Shown: positions 63,591 to 64,000 of the stretch, one piece after another
How the letters are laid out: every line of letters starts with the position of its first letter
Position numbering within the stretch: position 1 is the first letter of the stretch
Assembly: GCA_963822945.1 (NCBI GenBank)
Contig: CAWGJO010000039.1
Location: 1-64,000, forward strand
From: an uncultured Gemmatimonadaceae bacterium
GTDB taxonomy: Bacteria > Gemmatimonadota > Gemmatimonadetes > Gemmatimonadales > Gemmatimonadaceae
DNA: 64,000 nt
Direction: 5' to 3'
Made by a program: the position numbers and the translations under genes
The notes under the pieces: generated by a model
Databases searched by the model: none
The model's input: only the letters and a program-made list of their open reading frames with translations
Told to the model about the DNA's origin: nothing

Positions 63591-64000
63591 TCAGGCGGCC
63601 GCTTCGGTTTGCGGAACCACACGCGGGCGGAAGATGATGGCGAAGATGATGCCGATGGCGAGCGCCCCCACGGAGGGGATGAGCCAGATGTTGTGCCAGT
63701 TGTGGACGGTGGGGGCGCACTGGCCTGCCGCGGCCGCGGCGGCGGTGCACGACAGGTTCACGGTGGCGTAGTGATTGGCCACGGTGCCCGACACGAACGC
63801 GCCGATGAAATAGCCGAGGCCGTTGGTGACGAAGTTGATGAATCCCTGGGCGGCGGCCCGGATCTTGGGGCCTGCCTTCTCGTCGGTGTAGATCTGCCCG
63901 GCCACGAAGAAGAAGTCATAGCACACCCCGTGGATCACGATTCCCAGATAGATGAGCCACATCCCCGACCCGGCATTCCCGTTGGCGAAGGCGAAGTAGC
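63591..64000 (-). CDS. Nucleoside:H+ symporter-like MFS permease (NupG/YegT family); 5' part lies beyond the right edge
   Basis: [18 protein letters not shown]....RA.AQG....T.G.G motif. Confidence 0.85.
   Translation of the reverse strand, partial: YFAFANGNAGSGMWLIYLGIVIHGVCYDFFFVAGQIYTDEKAGPKIRAAAQGFINFVTNGLGYFIGAFVSGTVANHYATVNLSCTAAAAAAGQCAPTVHNWHNIWLIPSVGALAIGIIFAIIFRPRVVPQTEAAA

Overview
A very GC-rich bacterial chromosomal segment, densely coding, with about 60 genes. Gemmatimonadota is my inferred taxonomy from protein styles; it was not tested. I see no rRNA, tRNA, CRISPR array, integrase or transposase. Housekeeping genes include ispH, sthA, yjjX, pfkA, lon, a class A PBP, nadE, csaA and two SF2 helicases. 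There are also many secreted hydrolases, two ECF sigma/anti-sigma pairs, a tandem pair of membrane Ser/Thr kinases, and a 3-ketoglycoside-type sugar oxidation cluster. Signals the ORF track does not show: (1) a SelW/Rdx selenoprotein (26319-26543, minus strand, CxxU) with an fdhF-like SECIS; (2) a ~200-nt multi-hairpin leader or ncRNA ending in a strong terminator directly before a small Arg-rich HNH nuclease (49309-49520), which is my best candidate for an undescribed system; (3) a four-gene ECF module with two extracytoplasmic glycogen-binding (CBM48-like) domains, suggesting trans-envelope alpha-glucan signalling; (4) a DExH helicase whose motif Ia appears to precede Walker A; (5) heptamer-periodic intergenic tracts; (6) Gln at +1 after most predicted signal peptides. 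Several genes (tonB, lon, the TonB-dependent receptor, the GMC oxidoreductase, the Gfo/Idh/MocA gene) carry small indels, most likely long-read consensus errors. All calls are by eye from motifs; no searches or folding programs were run.
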